Below the pieces are notes generated by a model, which was not told the origin of the DNA, searched no databases, and was given only the letters and a program-made list of their open reading frames with translations. A stretch of DNA of 28,905 bases from a virus (Duplodnaviria; Heunggongvirae; Uroviricota; Caudoviricetes): the IMG/VR virus record IMGVR_UViG_2740892258_000013; one strand, written 5' to 3'. Each line of letters starts with the position of its first letter. Within the stretch, counting starts at the first letter, position 1. The position numbers and the translations under genes were made by a program. Shown here piece after piece: positions 1 through 7,540 of the stretch.

Positions 1-1158
1 ATGCTCACCGTTAAGCAGATTGAAGCAGCAAAGCCGAAAGAAAAACCATACCGCCTACTCGATGGTAATGGCCTGTACCTTTATGTCCCTGTATCAGGGA
101 AAAAGGTATGGCAGCTTCGCTACAAGATTGACGGTAAGGAGAAAATCCTGACCGTCGGAAAATATCCACTTATGACTTTGCAGGAGGCAAGAGATAAAGC
201 ATGGACCGCGAGGAAAGACATCTCGGTTGGCATCGATCCGGTAAAAGCGAAAAAGGCTTCGTCTAACAACAATTCCTTTAGTGCGATTTACAAGGAATGG
301 TACGAGCACAAGAAGCAAGTCTGGTCAGTAGGCTATGCAACTGAACTTGCAAAAATGTTTGATGACGACATTTTACCTATCATCGGCGGCCTTGAAATTC
401 AGGATATTGAGCCGATGCAACTGCTGGAAGTAATCCGCAGATTTGAAGATCGCGGTGCAATGGAGCGAGCCAACAAAGCCCGCAGAAGATGCGGCGAGGT
501 TTTCCGTTACGCTATTGTCACTGGTAGGGCTAAATATAACCCGGCACCTGACCTTGCTGACGCCATGAAGGGATACCGCAAGAAGAACTTCCCGTTTCTT
601 CCTGCAGACCAGATCCCTGCATTCAACAAAGCACTGGCAACATTTTCAGGAAGTATCGTATCGCTCATTGCGACCAAAGTTTTACGCTACACAGCCCTAA
701 GAACGAAAGAGCTTCGTTCCATGCTATGGAAGAACGTCGATTTTGAAAACAGGATTATCACCATCGACGCCAGTGTGATGAAGGGACGCAAAATTCATGT
801 GGTCCCGATGTCAGACCAGGTGGTTGAACTTCTCACTACGCTAAGCTCCATCACCAAACCAGTATCAGAGTTTGTTTTTGCCGGGCGCAACGATAAGAAG
901 AAGCCAATCTGCGAGAACGCGGTTCTACTTGTGATCAAACAAATCGGCTATGAGGGTCTAGAAAGCGGTCACGGATTCAGGCATGAATTCAGCACGATTA
1001 TGAACGAGCACGAATGGCCTGCTGACGCTATTGAAGTGCAACTGGCACATGCCAACGGCGGATCTGTGCGCGGTATTTACAACCATGCTCAGTATCTCGA
1101 TAAGCGCAGAGAAATGATGCAGTGGTGGGCGGATTGGCTTGATGAGAAGGTAGAGTGA
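1..1158 (+). CDS. int: Phage integrase, tyrosine recombinase family
   Basis: 385-aa ORF starting at base 1. N-terminal arm-type motif AAKPKEKPYRLLDGNGLYLYV, catalytic-domain motif HGFRH and a C-terminal Tyr region (VRGIYNHAQY). The true start could lie at or just upstream of the window edge. Confidence 0.9.
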   Translation: MLTVKQIEAAKPKEKPYRLLDGNGLYLYVPVSGKKVWQLRYKIDGKEKILTVGKYPLMTLQEARDKAWTARKDISVGIDPVKAKKASSNNNSFSAIYKEWYEHKKQVWSVGYATELAKMFDDDILPIIGGLEIQDIEPMQLLEVIRRFEDRGAMERANKARRRCGEVFRYAIVTGRAKYNPAPDLADAMKGYRKKNFPFLPADQIPAFNKALATFSGSIVSLIATKVLRYTALRTKELRSMLWKNVDFENRIITIDASVMKGRKIHVVPMSDQVVELLTTLSSITKPVSEFVFAGRNDKKKPICENAVLLVIKQIGYEGLESGHGFRHEFSTIMNEHEWPADAIEVQLAHANGGSVRGIYNHAQYLDKRREMMQWWADWLDEKVE

Positions 1159-1397
1159 TCCGCCTTAACAACTATCGAAGAGCACAAAGCCTTGTGTGTC
1201 TCATAGGCTATGAAACAATCATTTTACATGGTTACTTCACTACTTCCGCACAATATGATATCGTTCACAATCTAAAAACATTAATAATTTATCCATTACC
1301 GCGGTTAATGCCCGTCGCTTCCAACGGGCTTTTTTGTAAATTATATTTTTATTACCTTATATTAATATTGGTAATATGTCTGCATGATGTTTTATAT
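1159..1397. other. AT-rich int/neuO intergenic region, candidate attP
   Basis: Lies between the convergent 3' ends of int and neuO, where P22/Sf6-type phages carry attP between the O-antigen-modification moron and int. No tRNA-derived core could be recognised by eye, so the position is inferred from gene order only. Confidence 0.25.
1310..1337 (+). terminator. Rho-independent terminator downstream of int
   Basis: Perfect 6-bp stem GCCCGT/ACGGGC with an 8-nt loop, followed by TTTTTTGT on the plus strand. Confidence 0.55.
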
Positions 1398-2111
1398 TTA
1401 TTGCGTGAGCTTCGCATGATAGCTGGAGCATCTCTTGTCATCACTAATTAGCTCCGCTTTATCCGTTCTTGCCCATATTATATTTCTTTTTATTATTTTT
1501 GCTGGATTACCGGCTGCTGCACACATAGATGGCACATCTTTAGTTACAATACTCCCATACCCAATGACAGATCCGCTTCCAACAGATACTCCTTTCATTA
1601 TAGAGACATTTCTCCCTACCCATACGTAACTAGATATAATGATATCTTTTGCCCAATTAATCCTTTTTTTGCTATGAATATCAAATATAGGATGCCCATC
1701 TGATGCACGCAAAATAACATCTCTTGCTATCATGCAGTCATGGCCAATTGTAACATTGCACTTATCAGTGACGACTTCAAAACCTGCACCTATTGTCGTT
1801 CTTCTACCGATAATAACTTTTGAACCTTTTGTTGCGACAATATCACCTTTAATCTTACTGTTTTTATGTATTCTTACGTAATTATTATCACCCCTAAATA
1901 TTACGGTAAGCCATCGACACTCAACATCATCTTCTATAATAAGTTTGTTATTGTTTCCATTGAACTGAACTTTATTCTCTTTGCTATTTACAAGATCTCC
2001 ACATACAAAAACATTACCTGACCCATTATCATCAACGGAAAACGAGTCTTGAGTCTTGAGTCTTGAGTCTTGAGTCTTGAGTCTTGAGTCTTGAGTCTTG
2101 AGTCTTAACAT
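1398..2111 (-). CDS. neuO: Hexapeptide-repeat O-acetyltransferase (polysialic acid O-acetyltransferase NeuO-like), phase-variable
   Basis: 237-aa ORF with left-handed beta-helix acetyltransferase signatures (IGRRTTIGAGFEV, GVSVGSGSVIGYGSIV). The N-terminus is (RLKTQDS)x3, encoded by 9 tandem AAGACTC heptads right after ATGTT. AGGA Shine-Dalgarno 7 nt upstream of the ATG. Sits in the moron position next to the tailspike, as described for CUS-3 (recalled). Confidence 0.85.
   Translation of the reverse strand: MLRLKTQDSRLKTQDSRLKTQDSFSVDDNGSGNVFVCGDLVNSKENKVQFNGNNNKLIIEDDVECRWLTVIFRGDNNYVRIHKNSKIKGDIVATKGSKVIIGRRTTIGAGFEVVTDKCNVTIGHDCMIARDVILRASDGHPIFDIHSKKRINWAKDIIISSYVWVGRNVSIMKGVSVGSGSVIGYGSIVTKDVPSMCAAAGNPAKIIKRNIIWARTDKAELISDDKRCSSYHAKLTQ
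2044..2106 (-). repeat. Heptanucleotide VNTR, 9 perfect copies of GAGTCTT (AAGACTC on the coding strand)
   Basis: Counted directly: 9 x 7 = 63 nt inside the neuO 5' coding region, keeping the ORF in frame. Confidence 0.95.
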
Positions 2112-2308
2112 ATTAGTATCCTACGTTATTTTACCACTAGTTACTTTTCTTGTCATTAAAAAGCATTTAAATTTTTATATTTAATTTCGTTGACGTCAAT
2201 GTTTTTTGCCAATGTACTTACTTCTTTATGTGATCAGTTCATATTTTTGACGCCAACGAAACATTTAGTGCTTCCCTTCTATTAAGTCTAACCTAGCTTT
2301 TATTCTTT

Positions 2309-3307
2309 CTATTTCTCTGCGCTGCCATGCTGCCTCGATATAGAATAAGAGATCAGGTCTGACCCCATTTCTCTGCGCTGCCATGCTGCCTCGATATAGA
2401 ATAAGAGATCAGGTCTGACCCCCCATCTAGATCCTGCTGGCGTTATTTCAACGCGCTCAATGATGTCTTCTATTACCATCACTGGATTATCATCCTCATC
2501 AACAATGATGCTCCCGTCATTATCAGTCAGCGGCATTTCCCTTTGGCCAGTAATGACGTCATCATATACTGCGGGATAATCGTCATAGCAAAGAAAGGCA
2601 TAGCGGCATGTTGTGCTTTCTTCTTCCATGAGTCCGTGAGAAATAAGAACATCACGAAGTTGCTGCGCGATTACACCATGATGTATCCTCGCCCCTTCTT
2701 CCCCCTTTATAGCGACAGCGTTCAGCCATTTATAAGCGATATACCTGACGTCACCCCAGGCATCCAGCAATGTTTCGTCAGGAGAGACCGGCTCTGTCTT
2801 TAATGTTCCGTCACTGGTAACCACAGGATTGGAGCCAAGATAAACTATCGAGAACCTGTTTCCCGGACCACCAAGAGCATTTACATTATCAAGATAAGGT
2901 TTAACATCTCCGTTCTCAAAAAGATGTTCGAGTGCGTTATATACCGCGCGACGTGGAGTACTGCTTCCGGAACCATGCAACGTTATCATTGCACCATCTG
3001 CTGAAGACGTTGTTTCACCGCCGCTAACGATTAATCTCTGAGCGGTAACATCATCAGACGGTACTTTCTTCGCAATAATGGCGTAATTACCCTCAAGTTT
3101 GACTTCCGCGCGAACTTGTCCTGATGTACCTGCATGGACAGTCAGTGACTGGACGGCAACATCATCTGTGAAATCAACGGGTACAGGAACCGTCCTCACG
3201 CCTGACGTCGACATAAAAGTAGGAAGCGTTCTGTTAGGAGTGGCTCCGTAGACAAAATCCCTTGAAACAAATTCTTCCTGTTTAATTTTCACCCTGAAAC
3301 AATACAA
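2309..3307 (-). CDS. Tailspike fragment: C-terminal stalk and chaperone-like region
   Basis: 332-aa ORF. Its C-terminus is altered by the 56-bp duplication at 2311-2422. Confidence 0.7.
   Translation of the reverse strand: MYCFRVKIKQEEFVSRDFVYGATPNRTLPTFMSTSGVRTVPVPVDFTDDVAVQSLTVHAGTSGQVRAEVKLEGNYAIIAKKVPSDDVTAQRLIVSGGETTSSADGAMITLHGSGSSTPRRAVYNALEHLFENGDVKPYLDNVNALGGPGNRFSIVYLGSNPVVTSDGTLKTEPVSPDETLLDAWGDVRYIAYKWLNAVAIKGEEGARIHHGVIAQQLRDVLISHGLMEEESTTCRYAFLCYDDYPAVYDDVITGQREMPLTDNDGSIIVDEDDNPVMVIEDIIERVEITPAGSRWGVRPDLLFYIEAAWQRREMGSDLISYSISRQHGSAEK
2311..2422. repeat. Exact tandem duplication, 2 x 56 bp (tailspike 3' end)
   Basis: Copy 1 is 2311-2366 and copy 2 is 2367-2422, identical by direct reading. 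56 is not a multiple of 3, so it shifts the frame. Confidence 0.95.
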
Positions 3308-3443
3308 ATCAGCCGGGTGACCATCGTGAACATAAGGATATTTTCTGTTGTTATCCCCTATGCTCCATGGGTTTAGAAAGTCTTCCCCACCGAAAATGTA
3401 GTACAGCCAGTTGTCTTTGATACAAACTGAACCAACACCAACC

Positions 3444-3555
3444 GCAGAGTTAACTATTCCGCCCTGATAAATCTGATCAGTAACATTAACCCACTCTACG
3501 CAGAGTTAACTATTCCGCCCTGATAAATCTGATCAGTAACATTAACCCACTCTAC
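3444..3555. repeat. Exact tandem duplication, 2 x 56 bp (tailspike)
   Basis: Copy 1 is 3444-3499 and copy 2 is 3500-3555, identical by direct reading. Confidence 0.95.
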
Positions 3556-3590
3556 ATTATCCAGACTCCACTCATTGACGTTAACTCTGG

Positions 3591-4766
3591 TCATAAATGT
3601 TCTTGGATAATTTCCTGCATAACGGTTATCAGGTTCTCCTCCTTCCCACTCACCAAATGCGCGCTCTTTCCTGCATAACGGTTATCAGGTTCTCCTCCTT
3701 CCCACTCACCAAATGCGCGCTCACTGCCAAAAATAATCAGCTCATCGCCAACTTTGGCAAAAGGAAGGTTTGAGTGATGAACATTATTTGGGAAGCGAAG
3801 AGAATTCCATGATGTACCTAAATCAGAGCTTCTGTGCAATGAACTACCGGGTTGAGTACTTAATGTCCCCCTGGTCGTCAGATACAGAATGCCATCATAA
3901 TATTTTACACATGGCTCAGATGCATTCGCCTCATATTCTGCAGGTATGCGTCTGCGAACAAAGCTACCAGGAGAACCGAAAGCATCAGAGAAATAGAGTA
4001 TCCCAAGCTCGCGTGGACCAATATCACCATTATGGTAGCCAACAGCAAAACTGTTATCGCTAATCGTCGCAAAACTGTGAATCTCAGTAACAGGAGTGCT
4101 TCCGTCAACAAAAGAAGGAATAGTTCCAAGACTGGTTTTTCTCCATGGTGACGAGTGAAATGATGTACCAAAACTCCAGTATCTACCCTCGTTATTCTGA
4201 TCCACATCCTGGGTATTTTGCGTCGTAACTGTAAAAGTATTTTTATCAATAACAGTAGTCACCGTCATATTCCCGGTAACACCTGTAACACCAGAGTTTG
4301 AGAAGTTGACAAAATCACCAGCAAATAATCCGTGATCAGTAATGCGAATATAAGCGACTTGCTGATTTGCTGCTTTCGTTATACCACCATAAACGCGAAG
4401 GCTGCGACTCATTGGGCGATCCCACAACTCTGCAACCTGCAGTTTATTTCCGCTCACGGTCCGCGTCTCAATTACAGCAAAAAGGCGATTTCTGACAACC
4501 CCCATACTCATGCAGTGATAGTTAACTGTGGGATAGTTTTCATGTAAATCTGTAAGCCATTCCGGCGTTGTCCAGGTCTTCCCGTCATCTCCTGAGCGAA
4601 CCCATGCAACATGGAGGTTATTTACACCATGGCGGTCTCCAGCCATAAAAGGCGCATAGATGACATTGTCATATACAAACGTTTTATCCTGCGTCCAGGC
4701 GTTGTACCACGGTGTATCTGTAATTTTAAATAACTCTCCCTGGATAAAATCTTCAGAATGTACCAC
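3591..4766 (-). CDS. Tailspike fragment: endosialidase catalytic (sialidase beta-propeller-like) region
   Basis: 391-aa ORF. Its first 19 residues duplicate the end of the upstream fragment (4622-4921) because of the 56-bp duplication at 4703-4814. Confidence 0.75.
   Translation of the reverse strand: MVHSEDFIQGELFKITDTPWYNAWTQDKTFVYDNVIYAPFMAGDRHGVNNLHVAWVRSGDDGKTWTTPEWLTDLHENYPTVNYHCMSMGVVRNRLFAVIETRTVSGNKLQVAELWDRPMSRSLRVYGGITKAANQQVAYIRITDHGLFAGDFVNFSNSGVTGVTGNMTVTTVIDKNTFTVTTQNTQDVDQNNEGRYWSFGTSFHSSPWRKTSLGTIPSFVDGSTPVTEIHSFATISDNSFAVGYHNGDIGPRELGILYFSDAFGSPGSFVRRRIPAEYEANASEPCVKYYDGILYLTTRGTLSTQPGSSLHRSSDLGTSWNSLRFPNNVHHSNLPFAKVGDELIIFGSERAFGEWEGGEPDNRYAGKSAHLVSGKEENLITVMQEIIQEHL
3611..3722. 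repeat. Exact tandem duplication, 2 x 56 bp (tailspike)
   Basis: Copy 1 is 3611-3666 and copy 2 is 3667-3722, identical by direct reading. Confidence 0.95.
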
Positions 4767-4814
4767 GGTGTATCTGTAATTTTAAATAACTCTCCCTGGA
4801 TAAAATCTTCAGAA
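4703..4814. repeat. Exact tandem duplication, 2 x 56 bp (tailspike)
   Basis: Copy 1 is 4703-4758 and copy 2 is 4759-4814, identical by direct reading. Confidence 0.95.
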
Positions 4815-4865
4815 ACATAAAAAAGAGGCTGACCCGGTATTCTCTCAAATAAAAAACGAGCATTT

Positions 4866-5435
4866 TTAAATCGACTGACATCTGGAAGATGTTGATACTT
4901 TAAAAGTAAGCCCTCGCCCATCTATCTTTTCACCACCTGTTGCAACAGAAAGTAATTCTGATAGAGCTGATGTATCATCATGAACACCATCACCAATAGC
5001 CCCCCAACCTCTTACATCATAACTGTCTCTCCATCTTGCTATCTGAAGTTTTGGGTATTTATTCGCTCCATCTGTGTCTTCTAATTGCTGCCGTAACTGA
5101 TCAGGATCATACTTCAGCACATTAGGAAAATAGAACTGCTGCGCACCATACGCATCATAAACAGCCATAGAATGGCCTTGCACGGTAACGAATTTGGCAA
5201 TCTGTCCGTTATATACCGGATATCCAGCAGCGTTAATGATTATTGGTTGCGAAACAGGAACGTGAGAACCGTCTTCATTCTCCACATAGACCTGAATCTG
5301 GTTTTCTGTATTTACAGGATCAGTGTCAATTTTACCGATATAAATTTTGCCATTGGCTACGGCTTTAAAAGAACGCGCCATAGTGAAGAGTTGCGAAGGC
5401 ATCGATACGATCACATTGGCTGTAATGTCTGTCAT
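4866..5435 (-). CDS. Tailspike fragment 1: P22 gp9-like head-binding domain plus start of the receptor-binding part
   Basis: 189-aa ORF, GGAG Shine-Dalgarno upstream; ends at a frameshift-induced stop. Confidence 0.8.
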   Translation of the reverse strand: MTDITANVIVSMPSQLFTMARSFKAVANGKIYIGKIDTDPVNTENQIQVYVENEDGSHVPVSQPIIINAAGYPVYNGQIAKFVTVQGHSMAVYDAYGAQQFYFPNVLKYDPDQLRQQLEDTDGANKYPKLQIARWRDSYDVRGWGAIGDGVHDDTSALSELLSVATGGEKIDGRGLTFKVSTSSRCQSI

Positions 5436-5492
5436 TTAATTTGCTCCAGATACAAGGAATCGCCGAAGCATGGCTACGGTGAATTTTGGGCA

Positions 5493-5517
5493 TAAAAAAA
5501 CCCAGCCGAAGCTGGGT
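5493..5517 (-). terminator. Rho-independent terminator after ant, upstream of the tailspike gene
   Basis: On the minus strand: stem ACCCAGC/GCTGGGT with a 4-nt loop, followed by TTTTTTTATG. Confidence 0.65.
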
Positions 5518-5535
5518 CGTTGCGTTGGTTATCTA

Positions 5536-6459
5536 TCAGTAGTTATGTACTGAAGGAGGTAATTCTTTATTCTTAAGTCTCATCCATGCGGAAAGATTCG
5601 TTGGTCCGTCTGGCTCATTAATATCAACATCTCGTGTATGGTTGATTAAAACATCTCTCGCCATTCCGATAACATACGAGAATTCATGACCGTAGTCGTA
5701 GCATCTGCCGGAATAGTTCGATTGAATTTGTTTTAGCGCCTGATACAGTTCGCGGAATAATGCCTGTGAGCGGTTGGCATAATCCCATAGCCATACAAGG
5801 CTGTTTACTTCTTTTGCAGAAAGCTCGTTGGTTTTCTTCTCTTGTTTGCCAATGAACTCACCTTCAAGTGGAACTCGAGCTGCAAGTGATAGTGCTTCGG
5901 TAAACTGCTCCTCACTGATTTCTTTGTACGAACATCCAAAATGGGATTTCAGTGACGACCACATGGTGATCATCGCCTTAGCCTGTTTTTCTTTTGGCAG
6001 AGACTGACCGCGACTCATGACGAGTTGTTTAATGGCTTCCTGCTGTTCAGTGGTGATTTTACCCTGCAACGCCTTTTTAGCTTTGCGTGGGTTAACTACA
6101 TGGCCTTTAGTCCAGTACTCGTAGAGCACATCGTCACACTCTTCCTGATACTGGATTACCTTGTCGCGGATTTCAGGGCGGACTTTGTTAGGACTGATGC
6201 TGTTCAACCAAGCTGCCAATTTTCGTAAAGCCATACAAATCATGGCTTGCACCCCACCGGCAGAAGGTATGGTGATTTCCACCATACCATTCGAGAATCG
6301 TTGAGAAATCTTCTTATGTTGAGATTTCCAGTCTAGCCCCATTCCCTCAACGATAGGTTTCATTGGGGTATACGGTTCGCCGTTGTGATTGACAACATAA
6401 AGCTCTGCGCCGTGGAATGGTACATTGATAGTAGATACTGCTGTTGCTATACTTTTCAT
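5536..6459 (-). CDS. ant: Antirepressor (Ant-like)
   Basis: 307-aa ORF immediately downstream of arc in the immI-like region. The N-terminal motif VPFHGAELYVVNHNGEPYTP resembles the P22 antirepressor N-terminal domain family (recalled). Confidence 0.65.
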   Translation of the reverse strand: MKSIATAVSTINVPFHGAELYVVNHNGEPYTPMKPIVEGMGLDWKSQHKKISQRFSNGMVEITIPSAGGVQAMICMALRKLAAWLNSISPNKVRPEIRDKVIQYQEECDDVLYEYWTKGHVVNPRKAKKALQGKITTEQQEAIKQLVMSRGQSLPKEKQAKAMITMWSSLKSHFGCSYKEISEEQFTEALSLAARVPLEGEFIGKQEKKTNELSAKEVNSLVWLWDYANRSQALFRELYQALKQIQSNYSGRCYDYGHEFSYVIGMARDVLINHTRDVDINEPDGPTNLSAWMRLKNKELPPSVHNY

Positions 6460-6522
6460 GTCGTTAATTCCTATGCGTGGTTTTACGATACCGAAGCCCT
6501 GACTGTTCCCGCAGTTGGGGCT

Positions 6523-6726
6523 TCAACTTTCTGCTCTATCAGTTATATCTTTCCCTTCGTATACTTCACCTATATTGCTAATGCTGGCAGAACATCCAAG
6601 ATGCTTGTATCTTATGATGTCCAACACGCAGTCACTACACAGCATCCGACCTGTTTCTTTAGAGTAAATGTATGTTTGATCAGCGTCTGATTCGCTAATG
6701 CCGCAGAAACAACATTCTTTACTCAT
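6523..6726 (-). CDS. Small Cys-rich (zinc-ribbon-like) protein of unknown function
   Basis: 67-aa ORF with CCFC and CSDC motifs. Its ATG overlaps the arc stop (ATGA), suggesting translational coupling in an arc-orf-ant operon. Confidence 0.5.
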   Translation of the reverse strand: MSKECCFCGISESDADQTYIYSKETGRMLCSDCVLDIIRYKHLGCSASISNIGEVYEGKDITDRAES

Positions 6727-6863
6727 ACCATCACCCCCTCTCTCTTCAAGCTGTCCAGCACCCGTTTAATTACTTCTGCGCTAAACGATCGACACTCTTC
6801 CTTTGCTTTCTCTTCAAGGATTTTTTCTAACTTCTCTGGCATACGCAGTGTTTTTACCTTCAT
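6723..6863 (-). CDS. arc: Arc-like ribbon-helix-helix repressor
   Basis: The internal Met of ORF 6723-6929 (MKVKTLRMPEKLEKILEEKAKEECRSFSAEV...) is preceded by a GGAGG Shine-Dalgarno. RHH-like N-terminus in the P22 arc position. Confidence 0.6.
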   Translation of the reverse strand: MKVKTLRMPEKLEKILEEKAKEECRSFSAEVIKRVLDSLKREGVMV

Positions 6864-6968
6864 TGCATCCTCCGCTGTATGTGGTACGCATACATAGTAT
6901 TTAGGTACGCATTGATAGTCAATAGACACCTACATATCCTGTGGTAAAAAATTATTCAGGGTGTGCCG
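6864..6968. promoter_or_regulatory. Divergent promoter/operator region between arc and the plus-strand RHH-mnt genes
   Basis: 105-bp intergenic gap between divergent RHH genes. Direct repeat GGTACGCAT at 6883-6891 and 6904-6912 (21-bp spacing). Exact promoters and operators are not defined. Confidence 0.35.
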
Positions 6969-7226
6969 ATGTCTGATCGTAAGTACAAAAACCCTCAAGT
7001 GAATCTGAGGCTTCCTGTAGAGATAAAGGAACGTCTTATTGAACTGGCTGAGGCTAATTCTCGTTCATTAAATGCTGAGATGGTCGCTGCACTTGAAGCA
7101 TGGACCGAAAAAAATAAACACATTCAAGCACTAGACCTTGCAACTATAGCATCACGATTGATAGATCTTGAACATGATGTTGAGAAGTTGAAATGCATGT
7201 ATGGCAACAATAAAGACGAAAGTTAG
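6969..7226 (+). CDS. Ribbon-helix-helix (Arc/Mnt-like) DNA-binding protein, extra paralog
   Basis: N-terminus NPQVNLRLPVEIKERLIELAEANSRSLNAEMVAALEAW fits the RHH fold and has a C-terminal extension. ATG at 6969 is preceded by AGGG; the ORF track starts at a GTG at 6963. Confidence 0.6.
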   Translation: MSDRKYKNPQVNLRLPVEIKERLIELAEANSRSLNAEMVAALEAWTEKNKHIQALDLATIASRLIDLEHDVEKLKCMYGNNKDES

Positions 7227-7249
7227 AGATACTAACTTGGAGTGATGGC

Positions 7250-7498
7250 ATGGCTAGAGATGATCCGCACTTTAACTTCCGTATGCCTTTGGAAGTAAGA
7301 GAAAAATTGAAATTAAGAGCCGAGGCTAACGGAAGGTCAATGAACTCTGAGTTATTACAAATCGTTCAGGATGCGCTATCAAAACCATCACCGATTGCAG
7401 GTTACCGTGACGAAGCAGAACGTATGGCTGATCAGCAAGCAGAAATTGTTAAGAAGATGGTGTTTGAAACCCTGAAAAAAATGTACGAGACCAGATAG
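7250..7498 (+). CDS. mnt: Mnt repressor
   Basis: 82-aa ORF, near-identical to my recollection of P22 Mnt (MARDDPHFNFRMP.EVREKLK.RAEANGRSMNSELLQIVQDALSKPSP...). GGAG Shine-Dalgarno upstream. Confidence 0.9.
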   Translation: MARDDPHFNFRMPLEVREKLKLRAEANGRSMNSELLQIVQDALSKPSPIAGYRDEAERMADQQAEIVKKMVFETLKKMYETR

Positions 7499-7540
7499 GT
7501 CAATGTTTGTTCGTTGATATAAAATAACAAGGTATACATT

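Larger units (their letters stand above)
2265..5435 (-). pseudogene. Endosialidase (endo-N-acetylneuraminidase) tailspike with P22 gp9-like head-binding N-terminus, disrupted
   Basis: The N-terminal fragment ([42 protein letters not shown]...) matches the P22 tailspike head-binding domain. Downstream fragments carry endosialidase-like sequence (FLFERIPGQPLFYVSEDFIQGELFKITDTPWYNAWTQDK..., GEWEGGEPDNRY...). Conceptually deleting one copy of each 56-bp duplication joins the fragments into one frame ending ...EAAWQRREIERIKARLDLIEGKH with a stop at 2265-2267. A further frame change remains near 4866-4925. Confidence 0.8.

Noticed and set aside
1155-1451. 98-aa plus-strand ORF after int
   Set aside because: Low-complexity AT-rich sequence spanning the terminator hairpin and overlapping the neuO 3' end, with no ribosome-binding site. 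Likely spurious.
2044-2106. Microsatellite as non-coding repeat or CRISPR-like element
   Set aside because: The 7-bp units are inside the neuO reading frame and match a known contingency-locus architecture.
2311-4814. CRISPR array suggested by repeated about 56-bp units
   Set aside because: Each repeat is a single head-to-tail duplication with no spacers, lying inside a coding gene. No cas genes are present.
6723-6929. Long form of the Arc-like ORF (68 aa) starting at 6929
   Set aside because: The internal Met at 6863 has a strong GGAGG Shine-Dalgarno, and the shorter product has the expected RHH-like N-terminus.
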